From positions 32,001-96,000 of the forward strand of contig CAVYCN010000019.1 in the NCBI GenBank assembly GCA_963767005.1: a stretch of 64,000 bases of DNA, in the 5' to 3' direction. The DNA is from an uncultured Actinomycetes bacterium (GTDB lineage Bacteria > Actinomycetota > Thermoleophilia > UBA2241). This document shows positions 28,607-38,190 of this stretch, piece after piece. A program made the translations under genes and the position numbers. Numbering within the stretch: position 1 is the first letter of the stretch; every line of letters begins with the position of its first letter. The notes beneath the pieces are model-generated. The model saw only the letters and a list, made by a program, of their open reading frames with translations. It was not told the origin of the DNA and made no database searches.

Positions 28607-29452
28607 CTAGCGGACGGCGCCGGCCTCGCGCAGCAGCGTGACGAACGACGGCAGGAGCTCGGGGGCGGCGCCGACCACAGCCGGCCCCTTGCCGTGAGCG
28701 GCGGGCAGCTCCAGCACCTCGGCGCCGGCCTCCTGCGCGATGAGGCGGCCGGCCGCGTAGTCCCAGGGCGAGAGGTCGAGCTCGAAGTACGCGTCGAGCT
28801 GGGCAGCCGCGAGCCGGCAGAGGTCGAGCGCGGCGGCCCCACCGCGGCGGATGTCGGCGATCTTGTCGAGCAGGTGCGCCATGACCGCGCCCTGTCGCGC
28901 GCGCTGCCGGGCGTCGTACGAGAAGCCGGTGCCCACGAGGGCGCGCCCCAGGTCGGTCTGGTGTCGCACGGCCAGACGCCGGTCGTCCCGCCAGGCGCCG
29001 CCGCCGCGCACCGCCCAGAACACGCTGCCGGTGGGCGTCTCGCTCACCGCGGCCACGGCCACCTCGCCGTCGACCTCGGCGGCCACCGACGAGCAGTACG
29101 CCGGGTAGCCGTAGACGTAGTTCATGGTGCCGTCGAGCGGGTCGACGATCCAGCGCACGCCGGAGTCGCCGGTGTGCGCGCTGCCCTCTTCGGCGAGCAG
29201 GCCGTCGTGCGGCCGGGCCGCGGCGAGGCGCTCGGCGATGGTCGCCTCGGCCAGACGATCGACGTCGCTCACGTAGTCGTTCGGCGCCGACTTGACGGAG
29301 ATCTCGAGGGCGCGTTCGCGGCCCTGCCGATGCACGACGCTGGCCGCCATGGCGAGCTCGACGGCCAGGCCGCGAAGCTCCCCGAGGTGATCGCTGTGGC
29401 CCGCGGCGGTCGTGGCGGGCGCCCTAGAGCTGGTTGTAGAAGCCGCTGCCAC
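28607..29452 (-). CDS. suhB: Inositol monophosphatase family protein (SuhB-like)
   Basis: DYVSDVD, LAEEG, WIVDPLDGTMNY, RRGGAAALDLC and WDYAAG. Start uncertain. Confidence 0.9.
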   Translation of the reverse strand: MAAASTTSSRAPATTAAGHSDHLGELRGLAVELAMAASVVHRQGRERALEISVKSAPNDYVSDVDRLAEATIAERLAAARPHDGLLAEEGSAHTGDSGVRWIVDPLDGTMNYVYGYPAYCSSVAAEVDGEVAVAAVSETPTGSVFWAVRGGGAWRDDRRLAVRHQTDLGRALVGTGFSYDARQRARQGAVMAHLLDKIADIRRGGAAALDLCRLAAAQLDAYFELDLSPWDYAAGRLIAQEAGAEVLELPAAHGKGPAVVGAAPELLPSFVTLLREAGAVR

Positions 29453-29852
29453 CCAGGCCGCTGCGGCCGCCGCCCGAAAGGTCGACGTGGCTCGGAGCGA
29501 GCAGGATGAGGTGTTCGGCGAGCGGCCGCAGCGCGCCGCCGCGCGCGTAGGCGAGGCCGCTGCAGAAGTCGGTGACGCGCCGCGCCAGGTCGGGGGCGCA
29601 GCCCTGCAGGTCGACGACCACCGGCGCCTCGCGACGGAAGACGTCGGCCACCTGACGCACGTCCTCGAAGTCGGCGACGCTCACGACGCCGATCTCGTGG
29701 TGGCGTGCCTCGACCAGGCGCAGATCCGGGCGCTCGTCGTATGCCTCGTACTCCACGTCGTCCTCTTCCCACGCCGGCTCGCCGGCCGGCTCGCCGCCGA
29801 GGGCCGCGGCCAGCCGGCCGCGCGCCCGGCGAAAGGTCTCGCCCGCGTTCAT
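29424..29852 (-). CDS. sepF: Cell division protein SepF
   Basis: Acidic N-terminal linker, then FEDVRQVADVFR...PVVVDL...ARRVTDFCSGLAYARGG.L....ILLAP. Confidence 0.85.
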   Translation of the reverse strand: MNAGETFRRARGRLAAALGGEPAGEPAWEEDDVEYEAYDERPDLRLVEARHHEIGVVSVADFEDVRQVADVFRREAPVVVDLQGCAPDLARRVTDFCSGLAYARGGALRPLAEHLILLAPSHVDLSGGGRSGLGGSGFYNQL

Positions 29853-29976
29853 CGTGTCGCGTCTCCCGGTGCCGAGCTTGCCGTACCGCCCCGTCGGCCG
29901 AAGGCCGGTCGCGGCGCGGGTCGCGCCCGGAGCGGCCGGCGTGCGCCGGCCGCGCCCGGCTCGGACACATGAGCCG

Positions 29977-31425
29977 TCACCCGGGACCGGCTTCTGCTTC
30001 GCCGGCCGGCGGCCGGTTCCTCTCGACCGCGGCCGCCTGGGCAGGACGCGCGGGCGCCGCGGCGCCCGCGCCGTCCGCCGCCGCGGCGTGGCCGGCAGCG
30101 CGGCCGCGCTCGTCAGACGCGGCCGGCCTCGAGCGCAGCAGCGGGTACGCCACGGCGCCGGCTACGGCCATGGCGACGATCACGCCGAAGGCCACGTGCA
30201 CGCCGAGCCCAGCCAGCATGATGCCGCCGAAGATCGGCCCGAGCGAGCCCTGCCCCGCCGTCCAGACGAAGGTCCAGGCGCCCATGTAGCGGCCGCGCAT
30301 CTCGACCGGGGCCATGCGCGCCACGATCGCCGACGTGACGGGCCCGAAGAGCGCCTGGGCGAGCGACAGCGCCGCGATCGTGAGCAGCAGCGGCCAGCTC
30401 GCCGTCACGAACGCGGTCAGGCCCACGCCACAGAACAGCAGGCTGGCGAGCGCCACCTGGTACATCGGGTCGAGACGCCTGACCAGGCGCACGCTCGGAT
30501 ACTGCGTGGCGACGATGACGAGCGCGCTGAACGACATGAGCAGTCCCCAGTCGGCGTCGCGCACGTGGAGCGCGCCGGTGATCACCACCGGGAAGGTCGT
30601 GTACATCTGCCCGAAGCAGAACAGCGGCAGCAGCGAGACGGCGCAGAAGGCGCAGAAGCGGCGGTCGGCGAGGACCCCGCGCGGCACGCGTGGGCGCGTC
30701 CTGCGGCGTCGGTGTGAGCGACGCCGCGCCGGGATCAGGATGACGTCGCGCACGCCGAAGACCGGCGCCCCCTCGCTGACCGACCTCGAGCGCACCGGGC
30801 GCGCCTCACGTGGCCGGGTCTCGCGCAGGGCGAGGAGCGTGAAGCCGAGGAAGACAAAACAGCCGAGGCCGGCGAGCACGAACAGCGGCGGCTTGCCGAG
30901 GCCGGCGGTCAGCAGGGCCCAGGCGATGGCCGGGCCGACGATCTCGCCGGCGCCGATCATGAGACGGACGAGGCTGTAGCCTTCAGTGCGCAGCCGCGGC
31001 CGCACGAGGTCGGCGACCATCGCGTTGCTCGAGGTCAGAAACAGCGGCCAGCCGAGGGCGCGGTCGCAGAACACGACGAGGAAGACCGGCACGAGGCCGT
31101 GGACGAAGGCGAGGCCGCCGTACATGCAGCCCGAGCAAGCGGCGCAGACGATCATGACGACGCGCCGCCCGAAGCGATCGCTCAGCATGCCGGCCAGCGG
31201 CTGGAGCGGCAAGCCGGCGGCGGCCGCACCGCCCATGATGAGACCGACGACGGCCATCGACACGTCGAGCCGCTGCCTGATGAGGATCGCCGTGTAGGGG
31301 AACGCGAGCGAGATCGCCGTAAGGTAGAAGAACGTGCCGCCCACCAGCAGCCAGAACTGGCGTGGGAACAGCCGCAGCTGGCGTGCCAGCCGCGCCGTCC
31401 GCTGACTCTGTGTGACTCTCCGCAC
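29977..31425 (-). CDS. MFS transporter
   Basis: GMLSDRFGRR motif, AMVADLV and RGRYMG; about 12 TMs. Confidence 0.88.
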   Translation of the reverse strand: MRRVTQSQRTARLARQLRLFPRQFWLLVGGTFFYLTAISLAFPYTAILIRQRLDVSMAVVGLIMGGAAAAGLPLQPLAGMLSDRFGRRVVMIVCAACSGCMYGGLAFVHGLVPVFLVVFCDRALGWPLFLTSSNAMVADLVRPRLRTEGYSLVRLMIGAGEIVGPAIAWALLTAGLGKPPLFVLAGLGCFVFLGFTLLALRETRPREARPVRSRSVSEGAPVFGVRDVILIPARRRSHRRRRTRPRVPRGVLADRRFCAFCAVSLLPLFCFGQMYTTFPVVITGALHVRDADWGLLMSFSALVIVATQYPSVRLVRRLDPMYQVALASLLFCGVGLTAFVTASWPLLLTIAALSLAQALFGPVTSAIVARMAPVEMRGRYMGAWTFVWTAGQGSLGPIFGGIMLAGLGVHVAFGVIVAMAVAGAVAYPLLRSRPAASDERGRAAGHAAAADGAGAAAPARPAQAAAVERNRPPAGEAEAGPG

Positions 31426-31489
31426 GACGACCCGCCGTCAAGGCTATCCGACCGCGCACCGCAGCGCGACCCGCGCAGCGGCGCCGCGT

Positions 31490-31539
31490 GCCGGCGGGCG
31501 CGGCCGCCGGGTCGCGACCCGGCGGCCGCGCCCGCCGGC
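31490..31539. repeat. Perfect 50-bp palindrome with no spacer
   Basis: GCCGGCGGGCGCGGCCGCCGGGTCG|CGACCCGGCGGCCGCGCCCGCCGGC, checked base by base. Confidence 0.92.
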
Positions 31540-31569
31540 GGCAGACGTCGTGAGACGTGGCAGTTGTGG

Positions 31570-31597
31570 TCAAGAACGTGGCTCCTTCGACCGATAC
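31570..31597 (+). promoter_or_regulatory. Putative sigma-28-type promoter of the HTH-GAF-HD-GYP-GGDEF gene
   Basis: TCAAG-N15-ACCGATAC ends 7 nt before the ATG (possibly leaderless); identical spacing at 56345. Confidence 0.5.
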
Positions 31598-31604
31598 CGT
31601 CGGC

Positions 31605-33923
31605 ATGAGCCAGCGAACAGGCAGCGGCGAGTGGTTGCGGGTGCAGCAGGCGGCGGACCTGCTCGGCGTCAGCCCGACCACGGTGCGGCGCTGGGCCGAC
31701 TCCGGCACGATCGGCTCACGGCGCACCCCGAGCGGCCAGCGCCGCTTCTCGCGGCAGGACCTCGAACGTCAGCTCGCGGCGGGCGACGGGCCGGCGCCCG
31801 GTCCGACCGGTGATCCTCTGGAGCAGCGTTTCCGGCTCCTTCTCGACACGAGCCTCGAGCTGTCGTCGACCATCGAGCTCGACGAGGTGCTGCAGTCGGC
31901 CGCGCGCCGCCTCACGACGACCCTCGCCATCCCCGACTGCGACATCTACCGGCTCGAGGAGGGCGATCGCCTGGTCTGCCTGGCCTCGGCGTTCAACGGC
32001 GCCTACGACGGAGGCTGGGTGGGCAAGGAGGTCCATCTCTCCGACTGGGGCCTCGACCGGATGGCCGTCGACACGGGTCGCGCCCAGACGGCGAGCAGCC
32101 TCGACGATCCGCGCCTTTCCGACGAGGAGCGGGCCGCCATGGAGCCGTACGGTCAGCGCAGCGAGATCGCGCTGCCGCTGGTCGCCCGCGACAGGGTGAT
32201 CGGCCTCGTCGACCTTCTCGACCACGTCGAGCACGACTTCACGCCCGATGATATCGCCGCCGCTGAAGCCGTCGGCCAGCTCGTGGCCCTGGCGATCGAG
32301 CACGCCCAGCTCTACGACGAGGTCAAGCGCCTGCACCTGGCCAACCTGCGGGCGCTCTCGTCGGCGCTGTCGGCCAAGGACCACTACACGCTCGGTCACG
32401 CCGGCCGCGTCGCCGCCTACTCCGCCATGCTCGCCCAGGAGCTCGGCTGGTCCGAGGAGCGCGTGAACGAGCTCCAGAACGTCGCCTTCCTGCACGACAT
32501 CGGCAAGATCGGCGTCTCCGACCGCGTGCTGCTCAAGGCCGGTCCGCTGACCTCCGAGGAGTGGGAGCTCATGCGCCAGCACCCCGGCATCTCGGCCGAG
32601 ATCGTGCGGCCGCTGTTCGACGACGAGCTCGTCGCCGGCGTGCGCCACCACCACGAGCGCTTCGACGGCTCGGGATACCCCGATCACCTCGCCGGCGCGG
32701 CGATCCCGCTCGTGGCCCGGGCGATGTGCGTGGTCGACTGCTACGACGCGATGTCGTGCGAGCGCCCCTACCGGCACGCGCTCTCGTATCGCGACTGCCG
32801 CGCCGAGCTGCGGCGCTGCGCCGGCACGCAGTTCGACCCGGAGATGGTCGAGGCGTTCCTGCGGGCCCTCGACAGACTGCGACGCCGCCGTGCGCAGGTC
32901 GCGGGCCTGGCGCGCCAGGCCGCGGCCCTGATCGACCCCGCCCGGCACACCCTGCTACGCAGCCGCGCCGACGAGGAGCGGCCCGAGTACCGCGAGATGG
33001 TCGAGACGCTGCGCGCCTTTCGCGACACCCACGCGCCGGTGCGCTTCATCACGAGCTACGCCCTCGCCGACGACCGCTGCATCACGGTGCTCGACACCGG
33101 CGAGAGCGAGGACGACCTGTCGCACGTCGGCGACCTCTGGCTGGCCGACGACGAGGTCGCCCGCGTCCTCGCCGGCGAGCGACTGACGGCCAACGTCCTC
33201 GACGCCGACGACTTCGGCGTGTGGGTCTCGGGTACCGTGCCGCTGCGCGACGGCGATGGGGTCGTCGTGGCCGCGCTCACCGTCGACGTGCCGGTCGTGG
33301 GGACCTTCGACCGCGCGGCCCGGTCCGACCGCTCCCACACCCTGGCGGCGATGCTGCAGGCCGCCGCCATCCGCTTCAGCCGGGCCGAGGTCGAGGCCAT
33401 CACCGACGGCCTCACCGGCCTCTACAACCACCGCTACCTGCACGAACGGCTCGAAGAAGAGATCGAGCGCGCCCGCCGCCACAAGACCCGTCTGTCGCTG
33501 CTGTTCTTCGACTGCGACGACTTCAAGCGGTACAACGACCTGTACGGTCACAAGGCGGGCGACGCCGCCCTCACCCGCATCGCCCGCATCGCCGAGGGCT
33601 GCAGCCGGCGCGTCGACCTGGCCGCCCGCTACGGCGGCGAGGAGTTCGTCCTCGTGCTGGTCGACACCGAGCACGAGGGCGCTCTCAAGGTCGCCGAACG
33701 GATCCGCAGCGAGGTCGAGAGCACGAGCGTCGCGACCGACCGTCCGCTCAGCGTGAGTGTCGGCGTCGCCGGTTTCCCCGACGACGCCACCGCCAAGGAC
33801 GAGCTCCTCGACAAGGCCGACTGGGCGATGTACGCGGCCAAGCGGGCCGGCCGCAACCGGGTGCTGTCGTTCCGCGACGGCCTCGTCACCAAGGAGACGT
33901 GGCTGTCGCGCCGCGGCCGCTGA
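31605..33923 (+). CDS. BldC/excisionase-type HTH - GAF - HD-GYP - sensor-like - GGDEF multidomain c-di-GMP enzyme
   Basis: AADLLGVSPTTVRRWADSG..RTPSGQRRF (HTH), GAF (LPLVARDRVIGL), KDHYTLGH..LHDIGKIG..HHERFDGSGYP..DCYDAM...RPY (HD-GYP) and DGLTGLYNHRY..ARYGGEEF (GGDEF). Confidence 0.9.
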   Translation: MSQRTGSGEWLRVQQAADLLGVSPTTVRRWADSGTIGSRRTPSGQRRFSRQDLERQLAAGDGPAPGPTGDPLEQRFRLLLDTSLELSSTIELDEVLQSAARRLTTTLAIPDCDIYRLEEGDRLVCLASAFNGAYDGGWVGKEVHLSDWGLDRMAVDTGRAQTASSLDDPRLSDEERAAMEPYGQRSEIALPLVARDRVIGLVDLLDHVEHDFTPDDIAAAEAVGQLVALAIEHAQLYDEVKRLHLANLRALSSALSAKDHYTLGHAGRVAAYSAMLAQELGWSEERVNELQNVAFLHDIGKIGVSDRVLLKAGPLTSEEWELMRQHPGISAEIVRPLFDDELVAGVRHHHERFDGSGYPDHLAGAAIPLVARAMCVVDCYDAMSCERPYRHALSYRDCRAELRRCAGTQFDPEMVEAFLRALDRLRRRRAQVAGLARQAAALIDPARHTLLRSRADEERPEYREMVETLRAFRDTHAPVRFITSYALADDRCITVLDTGESEDDLSHVGDLWLADDEVARVLAGERLTANVLDADDFGVWVSGTVPLRDGDGVVVAALTVDVPVVGTFDRAARSDRSHTLAAMLQAAAIRFSRAEVEAITDGLTGLYNHRYLHERLEEEIERARRHKTRLSLLFFDCDDFKRYNDLYGHKAGDAALTRIARIAEGCSRRVDLAARYGGEEFVLVLVDTEHEGALKVAERIRSEVESTSVATDRPLSVSVGVAGFPDDATAKDELLDKADWAMYAAKRAGRNRVLSFRDGLVTKETWLSRRGR

Positions 33924-33945
33924 CCGGCCGGCCCGCGACCCCCCC

Positions 33946-34896
33946 CTACTCCGGCACGACCAGCACGATCTTGCCGAGCTTGCCGCCGGCGGCGAAGCGC
34001 TCGAAGGCGGCCGCCGCCCGCGCGAGCGGGAAGATGGCCGCCACGGGCACCCGCACGCGACCGGCCGCGAGAAGCGGTAACGCGGCCGCACCGAGCGCCG
34101 CGACGACGCCGGCCTTTTCGGCAAGCGACCGGGCGCGCAGCGTCGCGGCCCGCACCTGGGCGCGCCGCGACATGAGCAGGCGGAGGTCGAGCTCGAGCGT
34201 CGCGCCGGCGCCGACGCCGACGACGACGGCGCGCCCGCCGGTCGAGAGGCAAGGCAACGCCTTCGCCAGGCTCGGACCACCGACGAGCTCGAGCACGAGG
34301 TCGTACGGCCCGCGCCTGCCGACCTCGGCGGCGCCGATGACCTCGGCGGCACCGAGGCCGGTGACGGCGTCGCGCAGGCTCGGGTCGCGGACCTCGGCGA
34401 CGACGTGGGCGCCGGCCGCGGCGGCGAGCTGCAAGGCGGCAGTGCCGACCCCGCCGGCGGCGCCGCTCACCAGCACGCGCTCACCGAGACCGAGATGGCC
34501 TTGCGTGAAGAGGGCGTCGTGGGCGGTCGCGAATGCTTCGGGAAAACCGCCCGCCTCGGGCCACGGCACCCCGGCCGGCAACGGCAACGCGTTCGTCTCG
34601 TCGACCGTGGCGAGGGTGGCCTGCGCCCCGCCGCCGACGAGCGCCATGACACGGTCGCCCGCGGAGAAGCGCCGGACGCGCGCGCCCACGCCCACGACCT
34701 CGCCGGCCATCTCGAGCCCGGGGACGTCGGCCGGCCAGCCCGGCGGCGCCGGGTAGCGCCCGTCGCGCTGGGCGAGGTCGGCGCTGTTCACGCCGGCCGC
34801 CCGCACGGCGACCAGGAGCTCGGTGTCGCCCGGCACGGGGGCGGGGCGCTCGACCACGTCGAGCGCCCCGCCCGCGCCGATCACGACCGCGCGCAC
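33946..34896 (-). CDS. NAD(P)H-quinone oxidoreductase (MDR, PIG3-like)
   Basis: AAGVNSAD..QRDGRYP, PGLEMAG, PEAFATAHDAL, VSGAAGGVGTAA and GKIVL. Confidence 0.9.
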   Translation of the reverse strand: MRAVVIGAGGALDVVERPAPVPGDTELLVAVRAAGVNSADLAQRDGRYPAPPGWPADVPGLEMAGEVVGVGARVRRFSAGDRVMALVGGGAQATLATVDETNALPLPAGVPWPEAGGFPEAFATAHDALFTQGHLGLGERVLVSGAAGGVGTAALQLAAAAGAHVVAEVRDPSLRDAVTGLGAAEVIGAAEVGRRGPYDLVLELVGGPSLAKALPCLSTGGRAVVVGVGAGATLELDLRLLMSRRAQVRAATLRARSLAEKAGVVAALGAAALPLLAAGRVRVPVAAIFPLARAAAAFERFAAGGKLGKIVLVVPE

Positions 34897-34915
34897 AGGG
34901 CGACCCTCCCGCCGG

Positions 34916-35245
34916 TCATTGGTCCGCGACCGGCGAGTCGCCCCTCTCCCGGATCTGGGACACGGCCGACCGCAGCAGCCGCACCTGCTTGTGGTCGGCC
35001 ACCTCGACGACCACGAACCGGTCGCGGACCTGGCGCACGGTCCCGAGGATGCCGTCGATCGTGACGATCTCGTCCCCCTTGCGGATGGCGGACAGCATCT
35101 CCTGCTGGACGCGGCGCCGGCGGCGCTGCGGCCGCACGAGGAGCACGTAGAAGACGACGACGACGACGACGATGTACACCACGAGGATCGCGCTGCCGGA
35201 TCCGGCTGACCGCGCGAGGAACACCGAGAGGATCGCTGCGCTCAC
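34916..35245 (-). CDS. yajC: Preprotein translocase subunit YajC
   Basis: TM segment, then FYVLLVRPQRRR....M...IRKGDEIVTIDGILGTV. Confidence 0.88.
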   Translation of the reverse strand: MSAAILSVFLARSAGSGSAILVVYIVVVVVVFYVLLVRPQRRRRRVQQEMLSAIRKGDEIVTIDGILGTVRQVRDRFVVVEVADHKQVRLLRSAVSQIRERGDSPVADQ

Positions 35246-35455
35246 TTCGCCGACCCGCCCCCTTTCTGTTCTCGCATGAGCGACCGCGACGCGATCGCCC
35301 GGACTTGTCCAACGAGGCCAAGTCTATCCCCGATCGGCCCTCGTCGACCTTTCGGACGCGGAGAGGACCGCCGTTGACCGCGGGCCGCCGGATGAGTACC
35401 GTCGTCTCACCGGCCCGCACAGAAGGAGCGGCGCCGCGCGGCGACACGACAGGAG

Positions 35456-36100
35456 ATGAGAGCGACGCTGAAGAGACGACCTCCGCTGGCGACCGTCGCC
35501 GGCCTCGTGGCCATCGTCGTCGCGATCTCGCTCGCGCTCGTAGCGTACAGCTACTACCCGTGGGCCTTCAGCCCGGCGGCCAACTGGATCAGCGACCTCG
35601 GCAACACGCTGCTCAGCCCGCGCGGCTCCATCTACTTCCGGCTCGACATGGTCGCCCTCGGCGGCGTGCTCAGCGCGTTCTTCGTGGGCCTGCGCGCCTG
35701 GTCGCGCGGCCAGTCGCTGTTCGTCAGGCTGCTCGTGATCGTCGGCCAGCTCAGCGGTCTCGTGAGCGCCGCCGCCATCGTCATGACCGGCGTCTTCTCC
35801 GAGAACGACTACGCCGCTCATGCGCTGTGGGCGACCGTGATGTTCATCGCCCTGGCCACGGCCGTGCTCTTCATGGGCTGGGTCCACGTCTGGCACACCG
35901 ACCTGTCGCAGCGCCTCGCCTACGCCGCCTTCGCGGTCTGCGCGGTCGACGTCGTGTCGGTCATCGAGCGGCGTCACTGGCTCGAGTGGCTGGCGGTGGG
36001 TCTGCTGCTGTGTTTCGTGGCGGCCGTGTCGCTCGGCACCTGGTCGTTGGGGCCGCGTCCCGCGCCGGCCGAAGGCCTACGAGGGCGAGTCGGCCGGTAG
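35456..36100 (+). CDS. DUF998-like membrane protein
   Basis: YP..FSP..NWISDLG and GVFSE....H...A..F; 5-6 TMs; AGGAG RBS. Confidence 0.7.
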   Translation: MRATLKRRPPLATVAGLVAIVVAISLALVAYSYYPWAFSPAANWISDLGNTLLSPRGSIYFRLDMVALGGVLSAFFVGLRAWSRGQSLFVRLLVIVGQLSGLVSAAAIVMTGVFSENDYAAHALWATVMFIALATAVLFMGWVHVWHTDLSQRLAYAAFAVCAVDVVSVIERRHWLEWLAVGLLLCFVAAVSLGTWSLGPRPAPAEGLRGRVGR

Positions 36101-38022
36101 CGGCGGACCGAGCGGCGGGCCCAGCTTGCCCGGCCGCTGGGCCGGGTGCGAGTGGCGGCCCTCCTCGGCCGCGCTGCGCTGGCGGGCCTTCTGGTCTTTG
36201 GCGGCAAAGACCTCCTCGGCCGGGGTGCCGCCAAGCAGCGCCTCGAACTCCTCGCGTTCGATCGTCTCGCGCTCGATCAGGATGGCGGCCACGCTGTCGA
36301 GCTGGCTGCGATGCTCGCCCAGCACGCCGCGGGCACGCTCGTGGGCATCGGCGATGATGCGCCTGATCTCCTCGTCGATCGCGCGGGCGATCTCCTCGGA
36401 GTAGTCGGGCTCCTGGTTGAAGTCTCTACCTAGGAAGGGCATCGCCTGGTTGTGGCCCAAGGTGCGCGGCCCGAGCAGCTCGCTCATGCCGTAGCGCATG
36501 ATCATCTGCTTGGCGGTGTCGGTGGCCTTCTCCAAGTCGTTGGCGGCCCCGGTCGTGATCTCGGCAAAGACGATCTCCTCGGCGGCCCGGCCGCCCAGGG
36601 TCATCGCCAGGGTGTCGTTTAACTCGCCCATCGTGGTCAGGAACTTATCCTCGGAGGGCAGCGAGATGGTAAAGCCCAAGGCGGCGCCGCGGGAGACGAT
36701 CGAGATCTTGTGGACCGGGTCGGTGTGTTCCAGGTAGTGGGCCACCAGGGCGTGGCCCATCTCGTGGTAGGCGGTGATGCGGCGCTCGCGCTCGGAGAGC
36801 AGGCGGCTCTTCTTCTCGGGGCCGGCCAGCACGCGCATGATGCCCTCTTCGCACTCGGCCTGATCGATCGTCTTGCGGCCGTGCCGTGCGGCCAGCAGGG
36901 CGGCCTCGTTGACCAAGTTGGCCAGATCGGCGCCGGTGAAGCCCGGGGTCTGGGCGGCCAGGGTGTCGAGATCCACGCCCTTGGCCAGCGGCTTACCGCG
37001 GGTGTGGACGGCAAGGATCGCCTGCCTTCCGATGCGGTCGGGGCGATCGACCACGATCTGGCGGTCGAAGCGGCCCGGGCGCAGCAGGGCGGGGTCCAAG
37101 ATGTCGGGGCGGTTGGTGGCGGCGATCAGGATGATGTTGTCCTTCATCTCAAAGCCGTCCATCTCGACCAGGAGCTGGTTCAGGGTCTGCTCGCGCTCGT
37201 CGTTACCGCCGCCAAAGCCGGCGCCTCTGTGGCGCCCGACGGCGTCGATCTCGTCCATGAAGACGATGCAGGGGCTCTGCGCCTTGGCCTGGGCAAAGAG
37301 GTCCCTGACCCGCGAGGCGCCGACCCCGACGAACATCTCGACGAAGTCGGAGCCGGAGATGGAAAAGAAGGGCACCCCGGCCTCACCGGCCACGGCGCGG
37401 GCCAGCAGCGTCTTGCCGGTGCCGGGCGGGCCGTAGAGCAGCACGCCCTTGGGGATGCGGGCGCCGAGCTGCTGGAACTTGCGCGGGTTCTCTAAGAACT
37501 CCTTGATCTCCTGGAGCTCCTCGACGGTCTCGTCGATGCCGGCCACATCGGCGAAGGTCACCTTGGGGGCATCGGGGGAGACCTGCTTGGCGCGGCTTTT
37601 GGCAAAGCCCATGACGCGGCTGCCGCCGCTGCCCATGCGGCGCATCATGAAGGCAAAGAAGACGACGATCAGCAGCAGCGGCAAGAGCAGGGTGAGCAGG
37701 CTGCCCCACGAGGTGCCGCCGCTCTTGGCGGTGACGGCCACGCCGGGGTGGGCGGCGAGCAGCTGGGCGAGCAGGGTCGAGTCGGGGTAGGAGATCGTGT
37801 AGGGGGTGCCGCCGGCCGGGATCACGGCGATCGTCTGGGCGCTGGTGTCGACGGTGACGGAGCGCACCTGGCCGGCCTGGAGCTGGGCGACGAAGCTCTC
37901 GGCCCGCCCTGATAGGCATGGCTGACGCTGCTGCCATGGTTGGAACGCGTGACCGTCTCGATGATCAGGATGAGGGTCACGACGATCAGCAGCGGGACGA
38001 CGATGCGGCGGACTGTGCTCAC
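36077..38022 (-). CDS. ftsH: ATP-dependent zinc metalloprotease FtsH, interrupted by a 1-nt frameshift near 37900
   Basis: [19 protein letters not shown] motif and HEMGH in 36077..37867. TM1 is in another frame (37822..38022). Adding 1 nt joins ...HAYQGGP to [14 protein letters not shown], giving 648 aa. Confidence 0.9.
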
Positions 38023-38190
38023 GTCGGCTCTCTCTTCTGTCGGGTGCGATTGGCCGGCTCGCCCGTTATGTTCCTCACAATCGGGCAGACGAATCTCGCG
38101 GACCCGAATCGCGTCGCCTGCGACCTTCGCGGCAGACGGGGCAAAGCCTTGCCGGCGGCGCCGCTGCGCGACTCCGCGCCGGCGGCGCCG

